The position numbers and the translations under genes are program-made. A stretch of 63,329 nt of DNA, the filler included, from Stramenopiles sp. TOSAG23-6 (taxonomy: Eukaryota): the NCBI GenBank assembly GCA_900128565.1. It is 28 parts of 28 records of this genome, joined end to end, with 100 filler letters (N's around TTAATTAATTAA, not from the genome) between each part and the next. Parts side by side here need not be neighbours in the genome. Positions count along the whole stretch, not along the records: positions 11,366 to 13,538 come from LT638246.1; positions 13,639 to 15,811 come from LT638247.1; positions 15,912 to 18,084 come from LT638248.1; positions 18,185 to 20,356 come from LT638249.1; positions 20,457 to 22,627 come from LT638250.1; positions 22,728 to 24,897 come from LT638251.1; 22 more parts are not named here. One strand, written 5' to 3'. The notes under the pieces are model-generated. The model did not search any database and had not been told where the DNA came from. It saw only the letters and a program-made list of their open reading frames with translations. How positions within the stretch are numbered: position 1 is the stretch's first letter; every line of letters begins with the position of its first letter. Shown here one piece after another: positions 12,429 to 23,890 of the stretch.

Positions 12429-13166
12429 ATGGAAGGTGGACAACGCAGGCGATTGCAGCTTGCACCTCGCTCTAAGAAGGCAGGCGCTGTCGGCGGTTAC
12501 GCAGCTCCTTCGACAAAATCTTCAATATTTGGAGCAGCTCGCCCACGGGAGGAAATTCTCAAGTCCAAGGGAATTGACTTCAAAAAGGTTGAGGAGGATT
12601 TAGAAAAGCGCACTTCATCTTACCCACGCATGGATGAGAAAGCCCTTGAAAATGTGAAGGCTATTGAAAGTGAAATATCTCATGCAAAGTCTGAGCTAGA
12701 AGAAATTAGTGTTGACGCATCTGCTGAAGAAAAGCAAAAGTTGGAGAATGTTCTGAAAACCAAGGAAGCAGAACTCACTACCTTTCTCGAAAGCGTTGTA
12801 GCACAGAATGCCGCAAATCGTAAATTCGAGCGCCCATCCGAGCGAAGGCGCAGACAAGAAGACAATAGGCGTGAAAATGGTGATTATGGAAGTCGTAGTG
12901 GTAATCATGACGACACTACTTTCAGTAATTTTGGAAACTCCCGCAATCGTCGTAATAGCGGCGGAAGACGCAATCGACAGCGAGGTAACGACAATAGAGG
13001 CTATGACAATAGAAGTTATGATAATGGAGGCTATGGTAATGGAGGTTACAACTCCCGAAGAAAAGACAGCTTCGACAGAGATGAAGGTGGTCGAAATCAC
13101 AGGCAAAAATACGACCACATTGACCGTGCACTTGAAGGAGACGATAACCTTGGAGAAGCGTGGTAA
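12429..13166 (+). CDS. eIF4B-like, redundant copy 6
   Basis: Identical to 1064-1801. Confidence 0.7.
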   Translation: MEGGQRRRLQLAPRSKKAGAVGGYAAPSTKSSIFGAARPREEILKSKGIDFKKVEEDLEKRTSSYPRMDEKALENVKAIESEISHAKSELEEISVDASAEEKQKLENVLKTKEAELTTFLESVVAQNAANRKFERPSERRRRQEDNRRENGDYGSRSGNHDDTTFSNFGNSRNRRNSGGRRNRQRGNDNRGYDNRSYDNGGYGNGGYNSRRKDSFDRDEGGRNHRQKYDHIDRALEGDDNLGEAW

Positions 13167-13638
13167 TTTTTTTAATATTCTAGTAGTGAAGCCATATTTT
13201 GGATTATACCCCATTACTTGTGGTTGTATTATTTCATCCACATGTATTTTTATTAATGTTTTGTTGGCGGATTAACCATAATATGTTGTTATTTTCTAAG
13301 AAGGCGCAATGACAAATGGTTTGTTGATGGATGAACCATAATATATTCGTTTTTAGAACTTTGATAAATTTTTTATACAATGTAAACATTATTGTCTTTA
13401 ATTTTTATTATTTTTCAGACATTTTTATGTCAATAAAATAGCCGATAGCCCTTTCTTTTTAAAAAATAAAACTTCCTTGTTTGTTCATTTTTTTTTCTAC
13501 GTCTTGTTGAGTTCAATATCGCCATTCCTAGAATATTTNNNNNNNNNNNNNNNNNNNNNNNNNNNNNNNNNNNNNNNNNNNNTTAATTAATTAANNNNNN
13601 NNNNNNNNNNNNNNNNNNNNNNNNNNNNNNNNNNNNNN

Positions 13639-14458
13639 TGGTGAAATAAACCGACCGATAATATATTGTGAAAAATATTTTTGTTTTGTAAAAACTCGTT
13701 AGGTACAAAATTTACCATTAAAAAAGAATCAAAATTTATGATGAAAACGTACATACACTGCATTAATTTTGATGGGATAAGCATCTTGATAGATTTTTGA
13801 AATTCTCTTTTCATGGATGTTGCAAAAATATTTCAAAAAAAATCTAAAAAAATTGTTAGGTACAAAATTTCCTATAAAAAAAAAAATTCGAAATTGAAAA
13901 AAAAATAAAACATACATCCAATATTTCCCAAGCCTCTTTAAAATCTTCATACGCCAAATGATACTCACCTAGACTACAGTATGCGCGTCCCCGACTATAA
14001 AAAAGAAGATGAACGGGGCAATCAAAATGCTCAAAGCTACCTTTTTGTACCCAATGTAAAGCATTTGTGAACTCTGCAACGGCAGATCGAGGCCGATTCA
14101 TATGTTTTTTGGCAGCATTATAACAATTCCAAAATTCCATTATCATTTTATTTTGATGGCAAGTGTTACTATTTCCCAAAAATAGCTCAGACTCTGAAGA
14201 GACTGCCTGTATATCTAAGTGCTTATCAATAGAGTTGGAACATTCCCTTTCCAGAGAAACAAATTCATCATGTATTGAAGCTTCATCTTTTTCAGTTATC
14301 GTGATATTATCTTGATATACGTTTTGCTGGGAAGCAACTACAGCTTTTGCGCTTTGTACAGCAAATTCTGTCATTGCTTGCAAAACTAAACGCTCTTGTA
14401 GTAACGCAAGACGCCGAAGGTGGTCAACCATATCGGCATCAGCTTCCAATAGTGTCAT
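13639..14458 (-). CDS. TPR protein, redundant copy 7
   Basis: Identical to 1-820. Confidence 0.65.
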
Positions 14459-14701
14459 TTATAATATACTATAATAACTCTCTATACAACAACTATAGTA
14501 GACTTATTGATGATGATCAGAATGACAGTCTCTGACGCTGACTGACTCTAGCGGCTGGCTGCGTAGGCTAGGGTTAGGGTTCAGTGTAAATAATTGTGTT
14601 TGTGTTCGCTTCGATAAGTTGGTTGGTTTTATACTTGCCTGCGCAATAACTAAATATTGGATCTTATATTACCCATTTTCTTGAAAATTACGTTCGAAAA
14701 C

Positions 14702-15439
14702 ATGGAAGGTGGACAACGCAGGCGATTGCAGCTTGCACCTCGCTCTAAGAAGGCAGGCGCTGTCGGCGGTTACGCAGCTCCTTCGACAAAATCTTCAATA
14801 TTTGGAGCAGCTCGCCCACGGGAGGAAATTCTCAAGTCCAAGGGAATTGACTTCAAAAAGGTTGAGGAGGATTTAGAAAAGCGCACTTCATCTTACCCAC
14901 GCATGGATGAGAAAGCCCTTGAAAATGTGAAGGCTATTGAAAGTGAAATATCTCATGCAAAGTCTGAGCTAGAAGAAATTAGTGTTGACGCATCTGCTGA
15001 AGAAAAGCAAAAGTTGGAGAATGTTCTGAAAACCAAGGAAGCAGAACTCACTACCTTTCTCGAAAGCGTTGTAGCACAGAATGCCGCAAATCGTAAATTC
15101 GAGCGCCCATCCGAGCGAAGGCGCAGACAAGAAGACAATAGGCGTGAAAATGGTGATTATGGAAGTCGTAGTGGTAATCATGACGACACTACTTTCAGTA
15201 ATTTTGGAAACTCCCGCAATCGTCGTAATAGCGGCGGAAGACGCAATCGACAGCGAGGTAACGACAATAGAGGCTATGACAATAGAAGTTATGATAATGG
15301 AGGCTATGGTAATGGAGGTTACAACTCCCGAAGAAAAGACAGCTTCGACAGAGATGAAGGTGGTCGAAATCACAGGCAAAAATACGACCACATTGACCGT
15401 GCACTTGAAGGAGACGATAACCTTGGAGAAGCGTGGTAA
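14702..15439 (+). CDS. eIF4B-like, redundant copy 7
   Basis: Identical to 1064-1801. Confidence 0.7.
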   Translation: MEGGQRRRLQLAPRSKKAGAVGGYAAPSTKSSIFGAARPREEILKSKGIDFKKVEEDLEKRTSSYPRMDEKALENVKAIESEISHAKSELEEISVDASAEEKQKLENVLKTKEAELTTFLESVVAQNAANRKFERPSERRRRQEDNRRENGDYGSRSGNHDDTTFSNFGNSRNRRNSGGRRNRQRGNDNRGYDNRSYDNGGYGNGGYNSRRKDSFDRDEGGRNHRQKYDHIDRALEGDDNLGEAW

Positions 15440-15911
15440 TTTTTTTAATATTCTAGTAGTGAAGCCATATTTTGGATTATACCCCATTACTTGTGGTTGT
15501 ATTATTTCATCCACATGTATTTTTATTAATGTTTTGTTGGCGGATTAACCATAATATGTTGTTATTTTCTAAGAAGGCGCAATGACAAATGGTTTGTTGA
15601 TGGATGAACCATAATATATTCGTTTTTAGAACTTTGATAAATTTTTTATACAATGTAAACATTATTGTCTTTAATTTTTATTATTTTTCAGACATTTTTA
15701 TGTCAATAAAATAGCCGATAGCCCTTTCTTTTTAAAAAATAAAACTTCCTTGTTTGTTCATTTTTTTTTCTACGTCTTGTTGAGTTCAATATCGCCATTC
15801 CTAGAATATTTNNNNNNNNNNNNNNNNNNNNNNNNNNNNNNNNNNNNNNNNNNNNTTAATTAATTAANNNNNNNNNNNNNNNNNNNNNNNNNNNNNNNNN
15901 NNNNNNNNNNN

Positions 15912-16731
15912 TGGTGAAATAAACCGACCGATAATATATTGTGAAAAATATTTTTGTTTTGTAAAAACTCGTTAGGTACAAAATTTACCATTAAAAAAGA
16001 ATCAAAATTTATGATGAAAACGTACATACACTGCATTAATTTTGATGGGATAAGCATCTTGATAGATTTTTGAAATTCTCTTTTCATGGATGTTGCAAAA
16101 ATATTTCAAAAAAAATCTAAAAAAATTGTTAGGTACAAAATTTCCTATAAAAAAAAAAATTCGAAATTGAAAAAAAAATAAAACATACATCCAATATTTC
16201 CCAAGCCTCTTTAAAATCTTCATACGCCAAATGATACTCACCTAGACTACAGTATGCGCGTCCCCGACTATAAAAAAGAAGATGAACGGGGCAATCAAAA
16301 TGCTCAAAGCTACCTTTTTGTACCCAATGTAAAGCATTTGTGAACTCTGCAACGGCAGATCGAGGCCGATTCATATGTTTTTTGGCAGCATTATAACAAT
16401 TCCAAAATTCCATTATCATTTTATTTTGATGGCAAGTGTTACTATTTCCCAAAAATAGCTCAGACTCTGAAGAGACTGCCTGTATATCTAAGTGCTTATC
16501 AATAGAGTTGGAACATTCCCTTTCCAGAGAAACAAATTCATCATGTATTGAAGCTTCATCTTTTTCAGTTATCGTGATATTATCTTGATATACGTTTTGC
16601 TGGGAAGCAACTACAGCTTTTGCGCTTTGTACAGCAAATTCTGTCATTGCTTGCAAAACTAAACGCTCTTGTAGTAACGCAAGACGCCGAAGGTGGTCAA
16701 CCATATCGGCATCAGCTTCCAATAGTGTCAT
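15912..16731 (-). CDS. TPR protein, redundant copy 8
   Basis: Identical to 1-820. Confidence 0.65.
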
Positions 16732-16974
16732 TTATAATATACTATAATAACTCTCTATACAACAACTATAGTAGACTTATTGATGATGATCAGAATGACA
16801 GTCTCTGACGCTGACTGACTCTAGCGGCTGGCTGCGTAGGCTAGGGTTAGGGTTCAGTGTAAATAATTGTGTTTGTGTTCGCTTCGATAAGTTGGTTGGT
16901 TTTATACTTGCCTGCGCAATAACTAAATATTGGATCTTATATTACCCATTTTCTTGAAAATTACGTTCGAAAAC

Positions 16975-17712
16975 ATGGAAGGTGGACAACGCAGGCGATT
17001 GCAGCTTGCACCTCGCTCTAAGAAGGCAGGCGCTGTCGGCGGTTACGCAGCTCCTTCGACAAAATCTTCAATATTTGGAGCAGCTCGCCCACGGGAGGAA
17101 ATTCTCAAGTCCAAGGGAATTGACTTCAAAAAGGTTGAGGAGGATTTAGAAAAGCGCACTTCATCTTACCCACGCATGGATGAGAAAGCCCTTGAAAATG
17201 TGAAGGCTATTGAAAGTGAAATATCTCATGCAAAGTCTGAGCTAGAAGAAATTAGTGTTGACGCATCTGCTGAAGAAAAGCAAAAGTTGGAGAATGTTCT
17301 GAAAACCAAGGAAGCAGAACTCACTACCTTTCTCGAAAGCGTTGTAGCACAGAATGCCGCAAATCGTAAATTCGAGCGCCCATCCGAGCGAAGGCGCAGA
17401 CAAGAAGACAATAGGCGTGAAAATGGTGATTATGGAAGTCGTAGTGGTAATCATGACGACACTACTTTCAGTAATTTTGGAAACTCCCGCAATCGTCGTA
17501 ATAGCGGCGGAAGACGCAATCGACAGCGAGGTAACGACAATAGAGGCTATGACAATAGAAGTTATGATAATGGAGGCTATGGTAATGGAGGTTACAACTC
17601 CCGAAGAAAAGACAGCTTCGACAGAGATGAAGGTGGTCGAAATCACAGGCAAAAATACGACCACATTGACCGTGCACTTGAAGGAGACGATAACCTTGGA
17701 GAAGCGTGGTAA
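16975..17712 (+). CDS. eIF4B-like, redundant copy 8
   Basis: Identical to 1064-1801. Confidence 0.7.
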   Translation: MEGGQRRRLQLAPRSKKAGAVGGYAAPSTKSSIFGAARPREEILKSKGIDFKKVEEDLEKRTSSYPRMDEKALENVKAIESEISHAKSELEEISVDASAEEKQKLENVLKTKEAELTTFLESVVAQNAANRKFERPSERRRRQEDNRRENGDYGSRSGNHDDTTFSNFGNSRNRRNSGGRRNRQRGNDNRGYDNRSYDNGGYGNGGYNSRRKDSFDRDEGGRNHRQKYDHIDRALEGDDNLGEAW

Positions 17713-18238
17713 TTTTTTTAATATTCTAGTAGTGAAGCCATATTTTGGATTATACCCCATTACTTGTGGTTGTATTATTTCATCCACATGTATTTTTATT
17801 AATGTTTTGTTGGCGGATTAACCATAATATGTTGTTATTTTCTAAGAAGGCGCAATGACAAATGGTTTGTTGATGGATGAACCATAATATATTCGTTTTT
17901 AGAACTTTGATAAATTTTTTATACAATGTAAACATTATTGTCTTTAATTTTTATTATTTTTCAGACATTTTTATGTCAATAAAATAGCCGATAGCCCTTT
18001 CTTTTTAAAAAATAAAACTTCCTTGTTTGTTCATTTTTTTTTCTACGTCTTGTTGAGTTCAATATCGCCATTCCTAGAATATTTNNNNNNNNNNNNNNNN
18101 NNNNNNNNNNNNNNNNNNNNNNNNNNNNTTAATTAATTAANNNNNNNNNNNNNNNNNNNNNNNNNNNNNNNNNNNNNNNNNNNNGTACGAAATTTTGTAC
18201 CTAACGATTTTTTTTTGAAATATTTTTCCAAAATACAT

Positions 18239-18403
18239 GAAAGAGACAATTCTGAATGGGCTCATAAGACTAACACTTGGAGTGGTGATCGAAAAAATGA
18301 AGTTATATCGGTTAAAAAGAAGAAAATGTCAAAAGCTCTAGAAAATAGATTAAAAAGAGAAGAAGAGGCTAAAATGATGCGACAAAAGAGTTCAAAAGAG
18401 TAA
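18239..18403 (+). CDS. Last exon of an unknown protein, after the 3' half of a repeat intron
   Basis: ...CCAAAATACAT|gaa aga gac...; open to TAA. Confidence 0.45.
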   Translation, partial: ERDNSEWAHKTNTWSGDRKNEVISVKKKKMSKALENRLKREEEAKMMRQKSSKE

Positions 18404-18657
18404 TACGAAAGAAAGGATTTCGAGATTATATTATATTGTTGGTTCTATTGTTTATAAAAGAATGTTAGACTTTTTTACTACAAAAATACAGATAAATTAA
18501 CAAATTCGAATTTTCAAGAAAAAGAAACGTCTGTCAAAGGGGGAACACATCAACACCGAAAATTGTGTTTACAAGTATTACATTCTATAAATCACAAACA
18601 TTCTTCCTAATTAGATCTGAAATCTCTGATAAAAAGGGGGTTGACAAGTGATAAATA

Positions 18658-19917
18658 ATGATGTTAAGATCTCTTTCATCAGTGTACAGTTCCGTTGCAA
18701 CGCGTACATTCCATCGTGGTGTTACAACGCTCGTTCCTTTTGACTGGGAAGATCCATTTAACCTCACTTCTCAGTTAACAGAAGAAGAAATAATGACCCG
18801 AGATATGGCCCGTGCATATTGTCAACAAGAACTTTTACCACGTGTCCTTGATGCCAACCGAAATGAAACACATGACCCAAAAATGTTAAAAGAAATGGGT
18901 GAATTGGGTCTACTTGGACCAACAATTAATGGTTACGGCTGTTCGGGAGTGGGGTATGTTTCATATGGGTTAGTTGCTCGTGAAGTTGAACGTGTCGATA
19001 GTGCATATCGTTCCGCCATGAGTGTACAGTCATCACTTGTTATGCATCCTATTAATGCATTTGGATCAGAGGAACAAAAAAAAAAGTATATTCCGGAATT
19101 AGCTAAAGGAAAGATGGTCGGTTGTTTTGGACTAACTGAACCTAACCACGGTTCAGATCCTGGTGGCATGGAAACCAAAGCTAGAAAAGACGGGAACGGA
19201 AACGTTGTTCTCAATGGTTCAAAAAATTGGATTACTAACTCACCTGTAGCTGATGTTATGGTTATTTGGGCTAAAGATGATGAAGGGGATATTAGGGGAT
19301 AGTACATTTTCATTCTGTATATTTTTTTAAAAATCAATGAAATTCTGTACCTAACAAATTTTTTTTGTGTGACATATTTTTTCACCAACAGTATTGTTGA
19401 AAAAGGAACACCAGGTTTGTCTGCGCCAAAAATTGAGGGGAAATTTTCCCTCCGCGCCGGTGTAACCGGGATGATTTTTATGGAAGATGTCGTGATTCCT
19501 GAATCGAATATGCTTCCAAATGTGAAAGGCTTAAAAGGGCCGTTTTCGTGCTTAAATTCAGCACGGTATGGTATTTCGTGGGGTTCAATGGGAGCTGCTG
19601 AGTTTTGTTTTCATGCCGCAAGGGATTATGTATTAGACCGAAAGCAGTTTGGTAGACCTCTTGCTGCAAATCAACTCATGCAAAAAAAAATGGCAGATAT
19701 GTTGACTGATATTTCATTAGGTCTTCAAGGTAGTTTGCAGGTGGGTAGACTTATCGATGAAGGTAATGTAGCTCCTGAAATGATTTCCATTATGAAACGA
19801 AATAATTGCGGAAAGTCTTTAGAAATTGCCCGTCAAGCTCGCGACATGCTAGGTGGAAATGGGATATCTGATGAATATCATATAATTCGACATGTTATGA
19901 ATTTGGAAGCTGTCAAT
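18658..19917 (+). CDS. GCDH: Glutaryl-CoA dehydrogenase, mitochondrial; exons 18658-19301, 19392-19917; final exon missing
   Basis: [68 protein letters not shown]; transit-peptide-like N-terminus. Confidence 0.95.
19302..19391 (+). mobile_element. Diverged family intron with canonical GT-AG ends
   Basis: gga ta|GTACAT...GTACCTAAC...AACAG|t att restores IRGYIVEKG. Confidence 0.85.
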
Positions 19918-20017
19918 GTATGTTTTATTTTTTTTTTGTATGATTTTTTTTTCGTACGAAATTTTGTACCTAACAATTTTTTTATGATTTTTTTTGAAAT
20001 ATTTTTCCAAAATACAT
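19918..20017 (+). mobile_element. Near-consensus introner-like element, GTATGT...AATACAT
   Basis: Full consensus including TTCGTACGAAATTTTGTACCTAAC; the downstream exon does not belong to GCDH. Confidence 0.8.
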
Positions 20018-20502
20018 TGGTTGGAAGTGGATGTTAGATAAAGGAAAGAAAAATGATATATCGGAGACTTGTTTCTTTCAAGGATTTTTAGGAAATTTAT
20101 TCGGGAAAAGTATTGAAGCGCATTTACAACAAGAAGGTCAATATATACTAGAAGGATTTAATCAATAAAAAAACATTGAAACATATTTTATTCCGTGAAA
20201 TGAATAATAAAATTCGAATAAAACTTTAGCTGTATGTAATCTCTCATATATTTTTCCCACTTACACTCTAGAATTATTTTTTTTTTAAATTTGTTAGGTA
20301 CAAAATTTCGTACAAAAAAAAATTGTTTACTCTATACACAATAAAAAATTCTCCCANNNNNNNNNNNNNNNNNNNNNNNNNNNNNNNNNNNNNNNNNNNN
20401 TTAATTAATTAANNNNNNNNNNNNNNNNNNNNNNNNNNNNNNNNNNNNNNNNNNNNTATCCAAATAACTATTCTTTTCAAAACTTATAAAAGTGCTACAA
20501 TA

Positions 20503-22566
20503 ATGAAGAATATGTGTCGTATCGTTATTGCAGGTGTATCCGTGCAAAAAGTTCTTGGTATGGATGCAGTTGAGCATAATCCCAATACTGGGACACTACA
20601 AAGTAATGATGAAGCTACGTTTCCAATAAGTCCCGCCGCTGCGAAACTTTCTAATACGATAAGAGGATCAGTTGAAGATGTGGATTATCCGAGTAAAGAT
20701 CCAATTCCATTCCCCAATTTATCAAAAGATGAGCTTGCTCGGATGATTGAAATTCTAGAAGTAGGCGCAAGAAATAATAATTGGAATCACATTGAGAATT
20801 TTCGTGCTCAGGATATTGCAGAGCTCATCGAAGTTGCTAACTATATGGGGGCACCAGAGCTTATCGAAGCTCTGGATAAAGCATATAAAGCAAGTTTAAA
20901 TGGACTGACTGCTGAAGAACTTAAAGCAAAATACCTTGCTGACAAGGAACTCTTCGAATATCGCAACGGTGATCGCAGTTTATCTAATATAATCCAGGAA
21001 CAGCTGCAACAACAATTACATGAAGAGAAACTGAATGCTCGCTCAAATCCTAGTGACTTAGCTAGTCATAAGACACTTTTCGACTGGTACACTAGCGAGT
21101 TAGGCAGAGATGGTATATCGCTGGGAGAAGATGTTTTACATGTTTCATTCGAAGCATTCATGACTGAAAAGTATAAAGATGACGCAACCTTCCAAGTAAT
21201 GCTTCACAAAAAAGAAGAAAACGACACATATGGCAAAAACTTACTGTACGTAAAGTCTCATAAAGATAAATAACGATATCCCCATACATGTATAGATAAT
21301 AGTATATTTGTATTGATTTGTTCCAACTATAATACTATTATTTTCTTACAATATAGTTATAAATATATTTTCACAATATAGATCTCTTCGAGGACTTGAT
21401 TTAAGTGGGGAGAAAGCAAAGATGTTACAATTCCTTGAATTCATGCCAAACGTAACAATGCTAGACTTGAGCAGTTGCAAATTGGACACAATTGAGGATA
21501 TTCCACGTGCTACTCTTGAACGACTTAAAGAATTGTACTATACATTTACTGAATTATGAATATACATTTTATCACATATGTATTGAAATCTTTACAGTTG
21601 TAACTCATATATATATACATCTGCTATTGATATTCAATTCTATGTAGGGGGCTTCACAAAAATCAACTTAAAGAAGTGACCTTGCAAAATTTACCTAAAC
21701 TTGAGACATTGTATGTAACATGTAAACAATTATTTCACATTCACTTTATATAATGAATATACATTTATCACATATGTATTGAAATCTTTATAGTTGTAAC
21801 TCATATATATACATCTGTTGTTGATATTCAATTGTATGTAGGTATCTTGGAGATAATCAACTTCAAAAAGTGACATTGCAAAATTTACCTAACCTTAAGG
21901 ATTTGTATGTAACATGTAAACAACTATTTCACATTCACTATATATAATGAATATACATTTATCACATATTTCTTGAAATCGTTATAGTTGTAACTCATAT
22001 ATATACATCTGTTGTTGATATTCAATTATATGTAGGCGGCTTCAGAATAATCAACTTCAAGAAGTGACCTTGCAAAATTTACCTGGACTTATGTTTTTGT
22101 ATGTAACATGTACACAACTATTTCACATTCACTATATTTAATGAATATACATTTGTCACATACGTATTGAAATCTTTACAGTTGTAACTCATATATATAC
22201 ATCTGTTGTTGATATTCAATTTTTATGTAGGTTTCTTGAACATAATCAACTTGAAAAACTGACCTTCCGAGATTTACCTAAACTTGAGACTTTGTATGTA
22301 ACATGTAAACAACTATTTCACATTCACTATATAATGAATATACAATAAAAACACAAACAAAAAACTAATTATTAAATCTATGAATGTATCTCACAATTTT
22401 TATGGCGACAGATTTGGGATATGCGGATTCTGCAGATAGAGTTCAACGTCTAGTTGATGAAATCAACAGGAATGGTGCTGCTGTAACGATTCAAAGAATG
22501 ATTCGAAAAAAAATACAAGCTCAAAAAGCTCTTCGAGCAGCAGTTGCTCCTGCTGCTGGTGCTTAA
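20503..22566 (+). CDS. Skp1/BTB-like + LRR (+ possible IQ motif) protein; exons 20503-21245, 21382-21534, 21648-21710, 21842-21904, 22036-22098, 22231-22293; last exon uncertain
   Basis: Skp1-like AAKLSNTI...PIPFPNL...ELIEVANYM; four 63-nt exons each LxLxxNQLxxVTLQNLPxLxxL; phase-2 GT-AG introns; AAVTIQRMIRK in the terminal ORF. Confidence 0.7.
21545..22343 (+). repeat. Tandem ~194-bp exon+intron units (about 4 copies)
   Basis: Near-identical introns GTATGTAACATG...TATGTAG alternating with 63-nt LRR exons. Confidence 0.9.
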
Positions 22567-22780
22567 CATTAAGTAACACACCAGTTACAAGTGTTTATAT
22601 AAAAACACAAACAGGAATAGTACAAGTNNNNNNNNNNNNNNNNNNNNNNNNNNNNNNNNNNNNNNNNNNNNTTAATTAATTAANNNNNNNNNNNNNNNNN
22701 NNNNNNNNNNNNNNNNNNNNNNNNNNNGTACAAAATTTCGTACGAAAAAAAAATCGAATTTGAAAAAAAATAAAACGTAC

Positions 22781-23528
22781 ATGGTCGACCGTAATAATCC
22801 ACATAACTTCCATATTGATTTAGATGAATAGGGTTAGGGTGATTAGATTGATTTTGACTACATTTCACTTTTTCAAGGTACAATTGATGCTGCCATTGTG
22901 CAATTGTTTTAGATGCCTCTACTTTTATAATAGGTGACCTTGAGCCTTTTCGAATATCATTATTTATAAAATTAGCAATTCCTGATTGTAATAATATTTC
23001 TGTCGAGAGAGACATCTGACGTAAATCTTGAAGTATTTGTAGAACTTTTGTAGTATTTACATTATCCAATGCACTTGCAAGTTGAAGTTTTATTGTAATT
23101 ATGTTTTGAAGAGGTGAAGAGATTGAAGACATGGACATTTTGTTTTTATGTTGATTGTTATGTTTTGTTTTGATTTCTGTTTTTTCTGTTTTTTCTGTTT
23201 TTTCTGTTTTTTCTGTTTCAGTTTGGCATGGTGAATGCTTTTTCTCTTCTTTTGTTTCAATCATTAACGTTGAATTCAATGTGCTGAGATCTTTCGCACG
23301 TGGAGAACGATTACGTACTGCCGAGCGAAATGAAGCGTTTTGTACCGCAGCAGATGATGTCTTTATTGATGAACCATATATATTCAAATGAACTTTAGAC
23401 TTTTCTTGCCATGCAAAAGCAGGTGGTGCTGACGTTGGTGGTTTTGGTGCGTAGAAACTATCCTCACTTGAAGACCAATCTTCATCTGAAGAGTTTGTTG
23501 AAGAGCTATCGAATGATCGAATATTCAT
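22781..23528 (-). CDS. TFIIS N-terminal (LW/Med26)-like domain protein, 3' partial
   Basis: VLQILQDLRQMSLSTEILLQSGIANFIN...ASKTIAQW; ends at a repeat-intron donor cat|GTACGT. Confidence 0.6.
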
Positions 23529-23890
23529 ATAGTATTCATATAATATAATTTATATATATATATATATATAACTATGTAAGAGTATAAATCTTTTGTTGTT
23601 CTTTGCTTTTTTTTGAGAAAGCAATTTTTTATGAAACTGTCAAAAAATAACATCTTTCTAGTTTTTTTGTTTTTTTGTTTACGATAAAAAACACACACGA
23701 CACTCACTACAGTAGATAGTAAAGAGTAGAGAATAAAAAGCATTCAATCACTCACACGTTTAACTGGCTTGTATCACAATCAATATCGTATAAATATACC
23801 TAAAACAGTATAATTGAACGTTTCATCAATTATAGGATGTATCTTATTAAGTAAACGTAACCATCAAAGACGAGGCTGGTCATCAACATT

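Larger units (their letters stand above)
1..18084. repeat. Eight identical copies of one 2173-bp contig (period 2273 including linker); redundancy artefact
   Basis: ORF track repeats exactly every 2273 nt; every copy is delimited by the artificial N-TTAATTAATTAA-N linker. Confidence 0.95.

Noticed and set aside
1-18084. Eight-fold tandem amplification of a TPR/eIF4B-like gene pair
   Set aside because: Copies appear base-identical, are truncated at the same point in the TPR gene, and are separated by artificial linkers; redundancy, not a demonstrable array.
19300-19302. TAG readthrough or recoding in GCDH
   Set aside because: The TAG spans an exon-intron boundary; a 90-nt GT-AG intron explains it.
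19916-20015. U12-type AT-AC introns (boundaries shifted 2 nt left)
   Set aside because: No RTATCCTT donor; the shifted register gives AT..CC (175-277), AT..TT (57604-57786) or TT..AC (24333-24441), whereas GT-AT is consistent.
21545-22343. CRISPR-like repeat-spacer array
   Set aside because: Constant parts are ~130-nt GT-AG introns and variable parts are homologous LRR exons; eukaryotic context, no cas genes.
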